DNA of 60,764 nucleotides from Bacillota bacterium (lineage in GTDB: Bacteria; Bacillota; Clostridia; Christensenellales; CAG-138). Location of the stretch: contig JAKJBL010000001.1 of assembly GCA_022707005.1 (NCBI GenBank), positions 9,454 through 70,217 on the forward strand, in the 5' to 3' direction. The notes under the pieces were generated by a model that was not told where the DNA came from, did not search any database, and was given only the letters and a program-made list of their open reading frames with translations. This document shows, piece by piece, positions 19,742-27,997 of the stretch. Each line of letters starts with the position of its first letter. Positions within the stretch are counted from its first letter, which is position 1. The position numbers were made by a program, and so were the translations under genes.

Positions 19742-20056
19742 CTATACATTTATCATTTCGAGAATAGCTTCTTTGGGTTTTACGCCAACTGATTTATTCA
19801 CTGCTTTGCCGCCTTTAAACAGCACGAGCGTAGGTATGCTCATTACGCCGAACTGGGATGCAAGCTGCGGCTGTTCATCTACATTTATTTTCCCTACTTT
19901 AACAGTTCCCGCCTTTTCTTTGGCTACCTCTTCGAGCACAGGCGCAATCATCCTGCACGGGCCGCACCAGCTTGCCCAAAAATCTACGAGTACTGGCGAG
20001 CTTGAATCAAGCACTTCTGTTTTAAAATTAGAATTTGTAATTTCTGTTACGGACAT
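19742..20056 (-). CDS. trxA: Thioredoxin
   Basis: 104 aa with the WCGPC active site. Confidence 0.9.
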   Translation of the reverse strand: MSVTEITNSNFKTEVLDSSSPVLVDFWASWCGPCRMIAPVLEEVAKEKAGTVKVGKINVDEQPQLASQFGVMSIPTLVLFKGGKAVNKSVGVKPKEAILEMINV

Positions 20057-20114
20057 CTTTCATTACCTCCGCCTTATTCATAGCTTTAGTATAACCGCTT
20101 ATGCCTGAGGTTAC

Positions 20115-20129
20115 CGTGATGATGTCACA
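20115..20129. promoter_or_regulatory. Crp-like inverted half-sites CGTGA-N5-TCACA upstream of trxA
   Basis: Read directly. The centre is about 41 nt upstream of the TSS predicted from a TATACT -10 (minus strand, 20093-20088). The spacer is one nt shorter than the canonical CRP N6. Confidence 0.3.
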
Positions 20130-20140
20130 TAAAACAATCT

Positions 20141-20812
20141 TTAGGTTATGAGCTTATTAAGCTTTTGCTCGTTTATAAGGCATACTTTGCCGCGGGCAAG
20201 CTTAACCATCCCTTCTTCCTGAAAATACTTGAGCATTCTTGTAACAACCTCGCGCGCTGTGCCAAGGTGGTTGGCAATGCGCTCATGCGTAAGTGAGAGT
20301 GCCAAGGCGCCTTCGACAGCGCTTTCATCAAGCAAAAAAGAAGCAAGGCGCGAATCAAAGCGCTTGAAAAGAATTTGCTCCATAAGCCACATGACTTCGC
20401 TAAAGCGCGAAGCCATAAGCTCGCTTGTATAGTTAGCTACAACAGGTGAGCTTTCCATGAGATTTTCATAAGTGGAAACAGGGAGCACCCAGAACCTGCT
20501 TTGTTTTTCGGCTTCTACCCAAATATCGAATTGCAGACTTGCAATTAAACAGGAGGCAGAAAAAAGGCAGATATCGCGCTCAAACAGGCGATAGAGTGTG
20601 ATTTCTTTGCCCTCGTCGGATACTATGTAAGTACGAAGCTGACCTGATTCAATTAAAAACAAGCCTACGCAGTCTGCGCTGCCGTTCATAAGGACCGTAT
20701 CTTTTTCAACTGACCTTGGCGTAGCGTCAATAAGCAGCTTGGCGCGTTGTGCGTCATTAAGCGCCTGCCAAATCGGAAAGAGTGACTCGAGCCCCTTCAT
20801 GGGCTTATCCAT
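20141..20812 (-). CDS. Crp/Fnr family transcriptional regulator
   Basis: 223 aa. A cNMP-binding-like beta-roll is followed by a C-terminal HTH, LTHERIANHLGTAREVVTRMLK (an R-E-x-x-x-R recognition helix like CRP). There is no N-terminal Cys cluster, so it is not a classical FNR. Confidence 0.85.
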   Translation of the reverse strand: MDKPMKGLESLFPIWQALNDAQRAKLLIDATPRSVEKDTVLMNGSADCVGLFLIESGQLRTYIVSDEGKEITLYRLFERDICLFSASCLIASLQFDIWVEAEKQSRFWVLPVSTYENLMESSPVVANYTSELMASRFSEVMWLMEQILFKRFDSRLASFLLDESAVEGALALSLTHERIANHLGTAREVVTRMLKYFQEEGMVKLARGKVCLINEQKLNKLIT

Positions 20813-20900
20813 GGCGTCCCCTTATAATTTAATATACATATTGTACCATGGCGCTGCATGCGTTAACAACCGCACATATAGCCTTAGCTGCCTAAAGTTT

Positions 20901-23288
20901 TTAGCTTGAATAGACTTTTTGTGCATAGTGAACTGCAGCCATTGCGTTTTTTCCATAAAAATCAGCTCCGATTTTTTTGGCATACCCCTCGCTGAGCACT
21001 GCGCCGCCAACCATAATCCTGCACTCAGGCGCGCATTTATGAAGCTGTGTAATTGTAGCTTCCATGCTTGGAACAGTTGTTGTCATAAGCGCGCTAAGTC
21101 CCGCAAGGCGCGCGTTGTTTAGAGCTACAGCTTCTAAAACAGCCTCTTTCGGAACGTCTTTGCCAAGGTCGATTACTCTGAAGCAGTAGTTTTCAAGCAG
21201 CGCCTTAACTATGTTCTTGCCTATATCGTGGACATCGCCCTCAACTGTTGCAAGCACAACAACGCCTTTATCCGCATTTTCGGATTTATCCATGCGCTTA
21301 TGCACTTGTTCAAAGGCTGCTTTTGCAGCTTCAGCGCTTAAGAGAAGCTGGGGTAAAAAGAGCGAGCCGTTTTCATATTCCATACCTATCTCATTAAGCG
21401 CTGGCATAAGCGCAGTTTCTATAATGCCAAGCGGCGCCTCAGTTTCAAGCGCACAGGCTGCAGCTTCTGCTGCCTCGGTTTTAAGGCCGTGTTTTAGCGC
21501 GTAATAAAGCGCTTCCTTTGGGGCTTTTGGTTTTTGCTTAGGCGCGTCAGGCGCGCTTTGGCTGCTGTAATGCTTAATAAACTCTGCGCATTTGGGGTCA
21601 TAGCCAAGGAGCAGAGCTGCGCTCTTAAATGCGTCAAGCATTTTAGCCGAATACGGGTTTATAAGCGCTGCGTCAAGGCCTGCGCCAAGCGCAAGCATAA
21701 GGAAGGCTGAGTTAAGAAGCTCTCTGTTGGGAAGTCCGAATGAAATATTAGAAACTCCGAGAATTGTTTTTACACCGAGCTCATTTTTAATAAGCCTTAA
21801 GGCTTCAAGCGTAACACGCGCATTGTCGTCCTCTGCGCTTTGTGCCATTGTAAGCGTATCGAATAAAAGGTCTTCTTTTTGTATGCCGTATTTATGTGCA
21901 GTTTCAACAATGCTCCTTGCTATTTTTAGGCGGCCCTCCGCAGTTTTTGGGATTCCGTTTTCATCAAGAGTAAGCGCAACTATTAGCCCGCCGTATTTTT
22001 TAACAAGCGGGAAGATTTGGCTCATGCTTTCCTTTTTGCCGTTAATAGAGTTTATAATCGGTTTTCCGTTATAGTGGCGCATGCTCAGTTCAAATGCTTT
22101 GGGGTTTGCGCTGTCAAGCTGCAACGGAAGCCCGCAAACGCTTTGAATGCTTTTAACTGTATCTAAAAGCACTTTTGGCTCGTCAAGCCCCGGAAGCCCC
22201 ACATTAACATCAAGCGCCTGCACGCCAAGCGCCTGCTGACAGAGCGCCTCTTTTAAAATATAGTCTGTTTCGCCAGCTAAGAGCGCCTGCTTTAAGGCAG
22301 GCTTGCCTGTTGGGTTAATGCGTTCGCCTATCAGTACAGGCGAGGCGCCAAAATATACAGCGCGTATGCCGCTTGAGGCAACTGTGAGCGCCCTGTATTC
22401 GGGCTTTTTAGGCAAAAGCCCCTTGCATGCAAGAACAAGCGCTTTAAGATGCGCAGGTGTAGTCCCGCAGCAGCCGCCTAAGAGCTGTGCGCCCTCAGCT
22501 GCAGCCTTATACATAAGCGCAGCGAATTCTTCAGGCGAAAGGTCGTAAACGGTTTTGCCGTTTTCAAACTTGGGCAGACCTGCGTTCGGGTTTAAAATGA
22601 GCGGAAGTGAAGAAAGCTTTCGAAGTTTTTTAAGCACTGGCAGCATCTCTAAAGGGCCTAAGCCGCAGTTTAAGCCAAGCGCATCAACCCCTAACCCTTC
22701 AAGCAGCGCAACAACAGCAGAAAGCTCTCCGCCTGTTAAAAGCCTTTCGTTTTTGTCAAGCGTTACAGTAGCGCATATAGGCAGGCTTGAACACTCCTTT
22801 GCAGCAAGCACAGCTGCCTTAAGCTCATAGGTATCTGACATTGTTTCAATAAGCACAAGGTCAGCGCCTGCTTTTGCGCCTGCGTAAATAGCTTCGCCAA
22901 AGAGCGAAACTGCCTCTTCAAACTTTAAGTCGCCAAGCGGCTCAAGGAGCTTCCCTGTAGGGCCTACATCAAAGGCAACGAATTTATGCTGCTGACCTTT
23001 GTGCGCTGCAATTGCTTCTTTAGCAAGCTCAACTGCCTTAGTTGAAATTTCGCTTACTGAATAGCCGCTGCCTGCAAGCTTGTGGCTGTTTGCGCCAAAG
23101 GTGTTTGTTTTAAGTATGTTGCAGCCTGCCTCAAGGTACGCTTCATGCACAGCGCGTACTGCTTCCGGCCTTTTTAAGCAGCAGCAATCAGGGATTTCGC
23201 CGGGCTTAAGCCCTGCTTGTTGGAGCATCGTGCCCATAGCGCCGTCAAAAAATAGCAGAGAAGTTAAAAGCAAATCACGAAAGTCCAT
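20901..23288 (-). CDS. metH: Cobalamin-dependent methionine synthase lacking the C-terminal activation domain
   Basis: 795 aa. It contains a homocysteine S-methyltransferase domain (FDGAMGT...GGCCGTTP), a pterin-binding domain, and a B12-binding domain with DVHDIGKNIV (DxHxxG). Confidence 0.9.
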   Translation of the reverse strand: MDFRDLLLTSLLFFDGAMGTMLQQAGLKPGEIPDCCCLKRPEAVRAVHEAYLEAGCNILKTNTFGANSHKLAGSGYSVSEISTKAVELAKEAIAAHKGQQHKFVAFDVGPTGKLLEPLGDLKFEEAVSLFGEAIYAGAKAGADLVLIETMSDTYELKAAVLAAKECSSLPICATVTLDKNERLLTGGELSAVVALLEGLGVDALGLNCGLGPLEMLPVLKKLRKLSSLPLILNPNAGLPKFENGKTVYDLSPEEFAALMYKAAAEGAQLLGGCCGTTPAHLKALVLACKGLLPKKPEYRALTVASSGIRAVYFGASPVLIGERINPTGKPALKQALLAGETDYILKEALCQQALGVQALDVNVGLPGLDEPKVLLDTVKSIQSVCGLPLQLDSANPKAFELSMRHYNGKPIINSINGKKESMSQIFPLVKKYGGLIVALTLDENGIPKTAEGRLKIARSIVETAHKYGIQKEDLLFDTLTMAQSAEDDNARVTLEALRLIKNELGVKTILGVSNISFGLPNRELLNSAFLMLALGAGLDAALINPYSAKMLDAFKSAALLLGYDPKCAEFIKHYSSQSAPDAPKQKPKAPKEALYYALKHGLKTEAAEAAACALETEAPLGIIETALMPALNEIGMEYENGSLFLPQLLLSAEAAKAAFEQVHKRMDKSENADKGVVVLATVEGDVHDIGKNIVKALLENYCFRVIDLGKDVPKEAVLEAVALNNARLAGLSALMTTTVPSMEATITQLHKCAPECRIMVGGAVLSEGYAKKIGADFYGKNAMAAVHYAQKVYSS

Positions 23289-23297
23289 GGTTTTCTC

Positions 23298-23960
23298 CTA
23301 ATTCAGGTTTTCTATTGCAGGCTTTTTATATAGGCAGGTTTTATTTAATGTGCAGCTGCTGCAGCCCCTGCTGTTTGTTGTAGGTTCTGAATTTGTTATG
23401 CCGATTATGGCAGTAATGGATTTCAGAGGGACAAGCATTGACTTTTCAGTGCAGGAAAGGCCGATTGTTTTTGCAGCATCTAAAATTCTAAGCAGTGTTT
23501 GCTGGTATGAAAGCGAAAAGTCACCGTATCCGGGCGAAAAGCGCTCACAAAGGCAGAGCCCTCTTTTTGCGTATGCTTGTCTAAGCTCATCCTGAACATT
23601 ATCAACAGCGCTCTCAAGCAAAGAGGCGGCGCATGCGTGCAGCACAAGACAGGCAGGCATATCTGTTTTTGAATACGCCTTTATCAGGGTATCTACGCCT
23701 GAGCCAAGGGTTGCGCAAAACAGCAGGCAATGCGTGCAGGTTTTAAGGTGGATGGAAAGCGCGCGGCTTTTTATGACATCGCCATTTAGCATTATGCTGT
23801 TTTCACTAACAGCAATCGGAAATTCGCGCAGGGTGTACTTAAAGGCAGCTGCGTTTTCAAGCGCAGGCAGGCAGGCGTTTAATATTGCTTCTGTCTGGCT
23901 GTCGGGCTCTAGTTGAGAAAAGCCGAGATACCTTAAAGCTTCCTTTTTGTTTACCCGCAT
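23298..23960 (-). CDS. Stand-alone methionine synthase activation (reactivation, AdoMet-binding) domain protein
   Basis: 220 aa with an RFSPGYGD motif. It lies between metF and metH and overlaps the metF 3' end by 10 nt. Confidence 0.7.
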   Translation of the reverse strand: MRVNKKEALRYLGFSQLEPDSQTEAILNACLPALENAAAFKYTLREFPIAVSENSIMLNGDVIKSRALSIHLKTCTHCLLFCATLGSGVDTLIKAYSKTDMPACLVLHACAASLLESAVDNVQDELRQAYAKRGLCLCERFSPGYGDFSLSYQQTLLRILDAAKTIGLSCTEKSMLVPLKSITAIIGITNSEPTTNSRGCSSCTLNKTCLYKKPAIENLN

Positions 23961-24832
23961 AATCTTACCTGCTGTATTATAAAACTTATGTTTTGCATGA
24001 TTGCCTTTGCAATTTCGGGTTTGTTCATTGTGTAAATATGGATGCCGCGCACGCCGTTTGCAAGAAGGTCAATAATTTGCTCTGTTGCATACGCTATGCC
24101 CGCCTGCTCCATTGCTTTTTGGTCGTCTCCGAACTTATCGAGGATGCTTAAAAAGCGCGGGGGAAGCGCAGTGCCGCTAAGCTCCACAATCCGCGAAATT
24201 TGTTTTTTATTCGTTACAGGCATAATCCCTGCAAGCACAGGTATGTTTATGCCATGCTCGCGGATTTTGTATAAAAACCTGTATAGAATATTATTGTCAA
24301 AAAACATCTGCGTTGTTAGAAAGTCGCATCCCGCATCTGCCTTCTCTTTTAAATGAAGGAGGTCCTCCTGTTGGCTTGCGCTTGAAACATGGCCTTCAGG
24401 GTAACACGCAGCTCCTATTGAAAATCCGCCAAAATTCTTTATAACATCTACAAGTTCGCTTGCATATTTAAAATGGCTGTTTCCTGTTAAGGCATAACCT
24501 TGAGGGATATCCCCCCTAAGCGCAAGAATATTCTTTATGCCTGCCTCCTTTAGGCGTGAAATAAGCCCAAGCACCTCATCTTTTGAACAGCAGACGCATG
24601 TAAGGTGCGCAAGCGCAACTGCGTTGCTTTGCTTTATGCACTCTGCCATTGCAAGCGTATTTTTTGAGTTGCTGCCGCTTGCGCCGCATGTAACGCTTAT
24701 AAAATCAGGGTTAAAAGCTGCGGTTGCTCCGACTAGCGCTTCTGCGCGCTCCATATTCCATTCGTCCTTAGGCGGGAACAGTTCACATGAAACTGTTGCC
24801 CTGTTGTTTTTAAGCATATCCCGAATAAACAC
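23951..24832 (-). CDS. metF: 5,10-methylenetetrahydrofolate reductase
   Basis: 293 aa. ATVSCELFPPK, HLTC and NILALRGD blocks are typical of MetF. It has a GTG start at 24832. Confidence 0.9.
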   Translation of the reverse strand: MFIRDMLKNNRATVSCELFPPKDEWNMERAEALVGATAAFNPDFISVTCGASGSNSKNTLAMAECIKQSNAVALAHLTCVCCSKDEVLGLISRLKEAGIKNILALRGDIPQGYALTGNSHFKYASELVDVIKNFGGFSIGAACYPEGHVSSASQQEDLLHLKEKADAGCDFLTTQMFFDNNILYRFLYKIREHGINIPVLAGIMPVTNKKQISRIVELSGTALPPRFLSILDKFGDDQKAMEQAGIAYATEQIIDLLANGVRGIHIYTMNKPEIAKAIMQNISFIIQQVRLCG

Positions 24833-24863
24833 TTATAACAGCCCTTTCTTTATGCCGATTTAT

Positions 24864-24897
24864 AAAAAAAGCCCTGCCTCGCGTTGCGAGACAGGGC
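24864..24897 (-). terminator. Strong intrinsic terminator in the metF 5' leader (attenuator)
   Basis: On the minus strand, GCCCTGTCTCGC AAC GCGAGGCAGGGC (12 bp, one G-U pair) is followed by TTTTTTT. It ends 31 nt upstream of the metF start. Confidence 0.8.
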
Positions 24898-24913
24898 ATA
24901 ACCTGCTTTGCCG

Positions 24914-25006
24914 TTATTTTAGCGGCATTCGCAACACCAAAAGCAGTGTGGGATACATCATTCCACACATGGGCATCAGCATGGTTTTGGTATTGAGCGT
25001 TTTCAT
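24914..25006 (-). CDS. Putative methionine-rich leader peptide (30 aa, MKTLNTKTMLMPMCGMMYPTLLLVLRMPLK)
   Basis: ATG at 25006 is preceded by AAGGAA (25019-25014, 7-nt spacer). 7 of 30 codons are AUG, at positions 1, 9, 11, 13, 16, 17 and 27. The TAA stop lies 16 nt before the terminator stem. The ORF is too short for the ORF track. Confidence 0.55.
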   Translation of the reverse strand: MKTLNTKTMLMPMCGMMYPTLLLVLRMPLK

Positions 25007-25034
25007 AGCCGCGTTCCTTTTCTTCTCTTAGGGC

Positions 25035-25063
25035 ATAGTAATGCACAGCCAAGAATTTGTCAA
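25035..25063 (-). promoter_or_regulatory. Near-consensus sigma-70 promoter for the metF leader (TTGACA-17-TACTAT)
   Basis: On the minus strand, -35 is at 25063-25058 and -10 at 25040-25035. The predicted TSS is near 25028. Confidence 0.65.
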
Positions 25064-25094
25064 GCTAAAGCGGCATTTATGCAGCGTAAAGCTT

Positions 25095-25112
25095 CAGAAA
25101 ACTGGTTTTCTG
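25095..25112. repeat. 18-bp palindrome CAGAAAAC TG GTTTTCTG
   Basis: Read directly, in the divergent region between the metF leader promoter and the Gfo/Idh/MocA gene. Confidence 0.8.
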
Positions 25113-25191
25113 CACAAAGCGCTTGAGTTAAAGGGCAAAGATGCGCTATTCTTAATATATTCTTGAAAAGAGCTGGCTTTGGGAGGCAAAA

Positions 25192-26181
25192 ATGAAACAA
25201 AAAAAGATGGGGATTCTTGGTGCAGGCAGTATAGCTGTAAAAATGGCAGACACAATCAGGCAAATGGAGAGCGTAATTCCTTATGCAATAGCTTCCCGCG
25301 ACCTTAATAAGGCGGAAGCGTTTAAAGCTGCGCATGGTTTTGAAAAAGCCTACGGCTCATATATGGAGCTTTGGAGCGACCCTGAGGTTGACTTTATTTA
25401 TATTGCAACCCCTCACTCGCACCATGCGGAACAGGCAAAATGCTGCATCTTAGCCGGCAAGCCTGTGCTTTGTGAAAAGGCGTTTACAAAAACAAGCCAG
25501 GAGGCAAAAGAGGTGCTTGCGCTTGCAGCTGAGCGCAAGGTGCTTATAGCTGAGGCAATTTGGCCGCGCTATATGCCTATGGCGCAAACCCTCAAAGAAT
25601 TTGTAGAGAGCGGCACGCTTGGCAAAATAACATCCCTAAGCGCAAACCTCGGCTACAATGTGTTCAAAAAGCCGCGCGTAAATGACCCTGCGCTTGCAGG
25701 CGGCAGCCTGCTTGATGTTGGCGTATATACGCTCAACTTTGCCTCAATGCTTTTTGGCAATGACATAAAAAAGGTCACCTCCTCATGCGTTATGAGCGAA
25801 ACAGGCGTTGATACGCAAAATTCAGTCATTTTAGAATATTCAGATGGCAGAACGGCTACTCTTTACAGCAGCGTTGTTTCATTTACTGACCGCATGGGCG
25901 TGCTTTATGGAGAAAAGGGGTTTGCGATAGTAGATAATATTAACAACTTTGAGGCGCTTCGCGTTTATGATAAAGAGTATAAGCTCATAGAGCATTTAGT
26001 GCGGCCTGCTCAGATTACGGGCTTTGAATATGAGGTGCTCGCAATGCTTGAAGCTATGGAAAACGGCTGGCTTGAATGCAAGCAGATGCCGCATAGCGAA
26101 ATAATAAGGATTATGGAGCTTATGGATTCAATCAGGCATAGCTCTAAGTTTTACTATCCAGGAGAAGCACGGCAAAACTAA
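25192..26181 (+). CDS. Gfo/Idh/MocA family NAD(P)-dependent oxidoreductase
   Basis: 329 aa. An N-terminal Rossmann fold (MGILGAGSIAVKMA), the EKAF motif (LCEKAFT), and a C-terminal alpha/beta domain. SD GGGAGG. Confidence 0.85.
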   Translation: MKQKKMGILGAGSIAVKMADTIRQMESVIPYAIASRDLNKAEAFKAAHGFEKAYGSYMELWSDPEVDFIYIATPHSHHAEQAKCCILAGKPVLCEKAFTKTSQEAKEVLALAAERKVLIAEAIWPRYMPMAQTLKEFVESGTLGKITSLSANLGYNVFKKPRVNDPALAGGSLLDVGVYTLNFASMLFGNDIKKVTSSCVMSETGVDTQNSVILEYSDGRTATLYSSVVSFTDRMGVLYGEKGFAIVDNINNFEALRVYDKEYKLIEHLVRPAQITGFEYEVLAMLEAMENGWLECKQMPHSEIIRIMELMDSIRHSSKFYYPGEARQN

Positions 26182-26191
26182 GGCATATAGC

Positions 26192-26217
26192 AAAAAGCCG
26201 GAGAACCCGGCTTTTTT
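26192..26217. terminator. Bidirectional terminator between the convergent oxidoreductase and isomerase genes
   Basis: AAAAAGCCGG AGAAC CCGGCTTTTTT. Confidence 0.6.
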
Positions 26218-26231
26218 AATACAAGCTAAGG

Positions 26232-26921
26232 CTAACGTTTATACAAAGGATATTCGTTGCAAAGGAGCCTGTAGGGCGGCTCGTCCTCTTCAATTGTAGA
26301 AAAGCGGCCAACAGGCGCATGGAAGCGGTTGTCGGATACATCGTCGTTGCACATGGAGACTTCCCCCAAAAGCACAGGCCCATGCCCCTCTTCAGCTGAA
26401 AAGTCGTGGTATAAATACGGTTGAATAGTTATGCTCTCACCCGGGGCAAGGCGCACCTGTGTGCCTGCAGGCACATTGTATGAGCGGCCGTCCTGCCTTA
26501 TTGCAACGTCTGTGTTTAAAAAGCCCGCTCCGTCTTGTGTTGAGTTGTATACGCGTATAAGGATATTGCCGCCTGCCCGGTTGATTATATCCTCCATTTT
26601 AGAGAAGTGAAAATGCATAGGCGCGTACTGCCCTTCTTCAAGGTATAAAAGCTTCTCAGCATAGCTTTTGGGGTAGCGCGCTCTGTCTAAAGTGTTTCCG
26701 TTTCGCAGTGTTATAAGAGAAAACCCGATTTTAGAGAATTCGCCCAAGCCGTAGTCGGTAATATCCCATCCAAGCATATTCTCGCGCACTTCGTCGTATT
26801 CTTCGTTTTTAGCTGCCCATTCTTTTGGGGTAAAGCTGCAAAAAGGCGGCAGCGAAAACCTGTGCGTATAAGCCATTTCTTCCATTTTGCGGATTGCTTT
26901 GTTTATTTCTGAGCGTTTCAA
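26232..26921 (-). CDS. D-lyxose/D-mannose family cupin sugar isomerase
   Basis: KRSEINKAIRKMEE at the N-terminus and PMHFHFSKMEDIINRAGGN (a cupin metal site) resemble YdaE-type D-lyxose isomerases. I place the start at the TTG at 26921, 6 nt after AGGAGG. The ORF track extends to 26966. Confidence 0.75.
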   Translation of the reverse strand: MKRSEINKAIRKMEEMAYTHRFSLPPFCSFTPKEWAAKNEEYDEVRENMLGWDITDYGLGEFSKIGFSLITLRNGNTLDRARYPKSYAEKLLYLEEGQYAPMHFHFSKMEDIINRAGGNILIRVYNSTQDGAGFLNTDVAIRQDGRSYNVPAGTQVRLAPGESITIQPYLYHDFSAEEGHGPVLLGEVSMCNDDVSDNRFHAPVGRFSTIEEDEPPYRLLCNEYPLYKR

Positions 26922-27175
26922 GTATATCCTCCTGCTGCTCAATGTTTTTAAAAACCAAAAGCGCATAGCCTAGCCAAGGCGCGTTTTTTTGAGTATAGCC
27001 TTAAACTTCAGCTTTGTAAACAGCGCAAAAACAGCTTTATGCGCTAAAGCTTTAATCCGCAGGAATTTAAGCTTTGGTGGACAATGGAAAAGCTTATGAA
27101 TATAATTAGTTTAGCGCTTACACGCGCAGTTTGTCTGCTTTTGCGCTTGAGACAAGTCAGGGTAAAGGTGAAGTT

Positions 27176-27997
27176 ATGGGAAGTATAAACGCGGACAGTT
27201 TCGAGGCCTTTTGCGCAGCGCTCGAAGAAACGCCTGTGTCTCTCGAATTCTGCGAACGCTTCGATGAAAAAAGCAATATCTGGAACCTTTCGCGCCATAA
27301 GCACACTTATGTGGAGCTGCTTTATTTTCTTTACGGCGGAGTTGAAGTAACTGCGCAGGAACGCTCAATGGAAGCGACATTTTATGATGTAGTCGTATAT
27401 CCTCGAGACACCTATCATACTGAAAACCTGCAGTATGGCAAGCACAACGAGGTTATTTGCCTGTGGGTTGATATGGGCGGGCTTTCGCTGCCCGAGGTTA
27501 TTCATATTCAAGATAATAATGCTGAGCTTAAATGGCTGCTTGAGCAAATACACAGCGAGCACAAAAGCAGCGGGGCGTGCAGATACCTTATAGAATGCTA
27601 TATAAAAGCCGCACTTTTGCTTATTGCGAGGAAATACATGCATGAAAAATCCCCGCAGGATTCAATTAACCGGGTTATTCTATATATGCGCGACCACTTA
27701 AGCAGCGAAATAACTGTTGAAGAAATGGCGAGAATGATTTATGTAAGCAAATCCTACCTTAGCCGAATGTTTAAAAAGCGCACGGGCAAATCGTTAATGC
27801 AGTATTTGCGCGAGCTTCGCATACAAAGCGCAAAGGCAATGTTAGTGTCAACTGACGAGAGTATTGAGGATATTGCATATAAAACCGGCTTTAACTCCCC
27901 AAAATACTTTTGCAATACTTTCCGCAGGCATACAGGAGTACCTCCAAGGACATTCAGGCTTTCTGAGCGTTACAGCATAAACAAGCTTCAAAATTAA
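27176..27997 (+). CDS. AraC family transcriptional regulator (cupin sensor plus HTH)
   Basis: The C-terminus (ITVEEMARMIYVSKSYLSRMFKKRTGKSLMQYL...IAYKTGFNSPKYFCNTFRRHTGVPP) is a canonical AraC double HTH. I place the start at the ATG at 27176. Confidence 0.85.
   Translation: MGSINADSFEAFCAALEETPVSLEFCERFDEKSNIWNLSRHKHTYVELLYFLYGGVEVTAQERSMEATFYDVVVYPRDTYHTENLQYGKHNEVICLWVDMGGLSLPEVIHIQDNNAELKWLLEQIHSEHKSSGACRYLIECYIKAALLLIARKYMHEKSPQDSINRVILYMRDHLSSEITVEEMARMIYVSKSYLSRMFKKRTGKSLMQYLRELRIQSAKAMLVSTDESIEDIAYKTGFNSPKYFCNTFRRHTGVPPRTFRLSERYSINKLQN

Noticed and set aside
24864-25030. A SAM-I (S-box) riboswitch or a Met T-box in the metF leader
   Set aside because: I looked for the SAM-I core (CTTATCAAGAG, GGCAACC, GTGCTAAATCC) and for the T-box sequence (GGGTGGTACCGCG) with a specifier loop. 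I found neither. The leader before the terminator, at about 130 nt, is also short for a T-box. This needs cmscan to be definitive.
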